Source of the DNA: Candidatus Latescibacterota bacterium
Lineage (GTDB): Bacteria > Latescibacterota > UBA2968 > UBA8231
Direction of reading: 5' to 3'
Assembly (NCBI GenBank): GCA_965261395.1
Contig: OZ253462.1
Coordinates: 1,824,001-1,888,000, forward strand
Length of the DNA stretch: 64,000 nucleotides
Under the pieces are notes generated by a model that saw only the letters and a program-made list of their open reading frames with translations, made no database searches and was not told where the DNA came from. How positions within the stretch are numbered: position 1 is the stretch's first letter; every line of letters starts with the position of its first letter. Shown piece after piece: positions 61,399-64,000 of this stretch. The position numbers and the translations under genes are program-made.

Positions 61399-62457
61399 TC
61401 AGAGCGCTTGGACAATCCGCTCCCCTAGCTCGCGGCAGCTCAACCCACCTCCTACGTCAGGCGTCCCCGCGCCCTGCTCGCCGATTACCGCGCGCACCGC
61501 TTCCTCGATTCGATCAGCACCCGCAACAGCCGCCGGATCGCCGTGCCGCCGGCCCAACCAGCGCAGCATCAAGGCTGCGGACAGGATCATCGCCACTGGA
61601 TTGGCCTTGCCCTGCCCGGCAATGTCGGGCGCGGTGCCGTGCGAGGGCTGGAATACGGCGGCCTCCTCGCCGATGTCCCCCGAAGGAGCCAGCCCCAAGC
61701 CACCGACCAAACCAGCAGCCAAGTCCGAGATAATGTCCCCGTACATATTCTCGGTGACCAGCACGTCGTATCCTGCCGGTTGCTGCACCAAGTACATGCT
61801 CAGCGCGTCGATGTACGCGTAGTCGCGCTCGACGTCTGGATAGTCGGCGGCTACTTCGTCGTACACGCTGCGGAAAAAGGCCATTGAGCGGAAGACGTTG
61901 GCCTTGTCAACGCACGTTACCTTCATCGGCGTCCGGCCGCGCTGCCGCGCCAGCTCAAAGGCGTAGCGCACCACGCGCTCCGTGCCCGTGCGCGTAATGA
62001 CCATGGAGTCCACGGCCACTTCTCCGCGCAACTGGATGCCGCCGTTCATGGAGGCAAAAAGCCCCTCAACGTTCTCGCGCAAGATGACGAAGTCAATATC
62101 TCCCGCCTCTAACCCTTTAAGCGGGGTATGCGCGGCGGCATAGAGGTAAATCGGCCGCACCCCTGCGTACAGGTCTAGCTTGATCCGCAAGTCAACTTGT
62201 GGGCGCATCTCCGTCCCGTCCGGCCAGCGCACGTGCGGCAACCCCATCGCGCCCAACAGCACCGCATCTGCCCGGCGACACCCTTCCACCGTCGCCTCCG
62301 GCAGCGGATCCCCTTGCTCCAGATAGCACCCCGCGCCACAGGGGTACTCGGCGAAGGCTAAAGAAGGAGTCCCCAACGCATTGAGCACCTTCAGGGCCTC
62401 GTCCATGACCTCCGGTCCAATGCCGTCGCCTTTGAGGACGGCGATGTCGTAGGCCAT
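61399..62457 (-). CDS. Isocitrate/isopropylmalate/tartrate dehydrogenase family protein
   Basis: GDGIGPEV, LYAGVRP, RENVEG, VDKANV, NMYGDIISD and HGTAPDIAG. Confidence 0.9.
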   Translation of the reverse strand: MAYDIAVLKGDGIGPEVMDEALKVLNALGTPSLAFAEYPCGAGCYLEQGDPLPEATVEGCRRADAVLLGAMGLPHVRWPDGTEMRPQVDLRIKLDLYAGVRPIYLYAAAHTPLKGLEAGDIDFVILRENVEGLFASMNGGIQLRGEVAVDSMVITRTGTERVVRYAFELARQRGRTPMKVTCVDKANVFRSMAFFRSVYDEVAADYPDVERDYAYIDALSMYLVQQPAGYDVLVTENMYGDIISDLAAGLVGGLGLAPSGDIGEEAAVFQPSHGTAPDIAGQGKANPVAMILSAALMLRWLGRRHGDPAAVAGADRIEEAVRAVIGEQGAGTPDVGGGLSCRELGERIVQAL

Positions 62458-62459
62458 TT

Positions 62460-63719
62460 TTAGCTCCACAAGCGGTCGTGTGGCCGCTCGTCGTCCCACT
62501 CCTCGGTGGGACCAAAAATTTCCGACTGCTCTGGATCGGCAAACGACCTGAGCACTTCTTCGTTGAGGCCGCTAAAGCCCAGTCCGGGCCCCTCCGGCAC
62601 CGCAATGTGTCCATCCTCAATCAGGGGCACCGGCAAGCCTTCGACCAAGCTGCTCCACTGTTCTAGCTGATCGACCGAGTGGTTTTCGAGCACCATGAAG
62701 TTTTCGGTCGCTGCCGCGCAATGCACCGAAGCCAGCGCCGCCACCGGCGACATGGCCATGTGCAGCGCCATAGCAACACCGTGCTCCTGGGCTAGGTCGC
62801 CGATCTTTTTGGTCTCGAGGATTCCGCCGGAAGAGGCCAAGTCCGGGTGGGCGACGGCAATGGCACGCCGTTCAAAGAGGGGCAGAAAGTTTTCCTTGAG
62901 ATAGATGTCCTCGCCCGTGCATACGGGCGTATCCACGGCCTCGGCGAGCCGCTGCCACTGGTCGGCCAACTGCCAGGGGATCATGTCCTCGTACCAAGCT
63001 AGGCTGAACTGATCCAGTGCCTTGCCCAAGCGGATGCAGGACTCGACGCCAATGTGGCCGAAGTGATCGACGGCCAAGGGAATTTCATAGCCGATCACCT
63101 CGCGCACCTGCGCCACGTATTCGCAGAGGATATCAATGCCCTTGTTGGTAATCTGGATTCCCGTAAATGGGTGCATGATGCCATGATTTTCCAACATGCC
63201 CGGTGGGGCAATCAGCGCGTCTTCGATTCCCCGCAGCAACCCAATGCCGACGTCCATTTTGAGGAATTTAAACCCTAGCTCCATCCGCTCCTTGAGCAAC
63301 TGCCCCATCTCCCGGCCATCGCGCCGCGTGGGGGTATCGCAGTAGCAGAGGATGCGGTCGCGGAACTTGCCGCCGGCCAGTTGGTAGGCCGGCACATTAT
63401 AGGCTTTGCCGGCTAGGTCCATCAGCGCCATCTCGACGCCGCAGACGCCGCCGGCTTGGCGCGCGTGGTGACCGAATTGTTTGATCTTGCGGAAGAGCTT
63501 ATCGACGTTGCAGGGGTTTTCGCCGAGTAAGCGGCTTTTGAGCATTAGCGCGTAGGTCGGGCTGCCGCCGTCGCGCACCTCGCCGTAGCCCGAGATGCCC
63601 TGGTTGGTGTCGATGCGGATGATCGTCGCGCGGAACGGCGCACCGCGCACATTAGCGACGCGCAGATCCGTGATCTTCAGCTCCGAGGGGCGAGAGTGCG
63701 GGTTCACATTTTCTTCCAT
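62460..63719 (-). CDS. Mandelate racemase/muconate lactonizing enzyme family (enolase superfamily) protein
   Basis: LKITDL, GYGE, EMALMDLAGKA..VP.YQL.GG, and metal ligands D/E/E (VDHFG, WYED, GED). Confidence 0.9.
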   Translation of the reverse strand: MEENVNPHSRPSELKITDLRVANVRGAPFRATIIRIDTNQGISGYGEVRDGGSPTYALMLKSRLLGENPCNVDKLFRKIKQFGHHARQAGGVCGVEMALMDLAGKAYNVPAYQLAGGKFRDRILCYCDTPTRRDGREMGQLLKERMELGFKFLKMDVGIGLLRGIEDALIAPPGMLENHGIMHPFTGIQITNKGIDILCEYVAQVREVIGYEIPLAVDHFGHIGVESCIRLGKALDQFSLAWYEDMIPWQLADQWQRLAEAVDTPVCTGEDIYLKENFLPLFERRAIAVAHPDLASSGGILETKKIGDLAQEHGVAMALHMAMSPVAALASVHCAAATENFMVLENHSVDQLEQWSSLVEGLPVPLIEDGHIAVPEGPGLGFSGLNEEVLRSFADPEQSEIFGPTEEWDDERPHDRLWS

Positions 63720-63803
63720 TCTTGTCTCCACTTTCGCTGGATGTATTTTAAGGGTTTCCAATGATATCCCGCCCGCATTTTTTCGTCAACTTAGGAGATC
63801 GAC

Positions 63804-64000
63804 ATGAAGCTGAAAGACAGAGTGGCCCTCATCACCGGGGGCAGCACCGGCATCGGCCGGGCCGCGGCTGTGGCCATGGCCCGCGAAGGAGCCAACATCG
63901 CGCTGACGGCTCGTCGTGCCGAGCGCTGCGAGGAAGCTGTCGCCGAAATCGAAGGACTAGGCGGCCAAGCATTGGCCCTGCCCGGCGACGTGGCTAACGC
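63804..64000 (+). CDS. Short-chain dehydrogenase/reductase (3' end runs off the window)
   Basis: SD AGGAG, then MKLKDRVALITGGSTGIGRA...GDV (TGxxxGIG motif). Confidence 0.9.
   Translation, partial: MKLKDRVALITGGSTGIGRAAAVAMAREGANIALTARRAERCEEAVAEIEGLGGQALALPGDVAN

Overview
This is a high-GC (roughly 60%) bacterial chromosome window made up mostly of core metabolic genes. The gene style is compatible with a Latescibacterota/Gemmatimonadota-like lineage, but that is a weak inference. From left to right it holds: partial glcD and a D-cysteine desulfhydrase-family gene; an ABC exporter + DUF1854 pair; an epimerase and a GT2; map; a TlpA thioredoxin; dnaE; trm112; a pfk-pgk(frameshifted)-tpiA-secG-tRNA-Leu cluster; comF; an M16 peptidase; and tRNA-Met. 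Next comes a ~4 kb decaying islet (Gfo/Idh/MocA gene, a 517-aa unknown protein, remnants of an ABC-2 operon interrupted by a foreign-looking gene, and an SRAP remnant). After that are a full F1Fo ATP synthase operon directly downstream of a Na+-NQR operon (nqrABCDEF-nqrM), biotin genes (bioB; bioF-H-C-D-A), panB, an AgcS symporter, a DUF4159 protein, aceE-aceF-lpdA, an M14 peptidase, a TPR-lytic transglycosylase, and a two-gene module whose second gene is internally deleted. The window ends with a coupled minus-strand run (enolase-superfamily enzyme, LeuB-like dehydrogenase, two DmpA paralogs, MutY-Nudix fusion, DUF368) and a partial SDR. I saw no CRISPR array, rRNA, integrase or transposase. 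The best candidates for undescribed biology are the Tat-exported DmpA with its probably non-catalytic partner, the ABC/DUF1854 module, the decayed TA-like pair, the palindromic operator in front of nqr, and a window-wide CTAG/CCAAG mutational signature. All family assignments come from motif recognition by eye, not from database searches.
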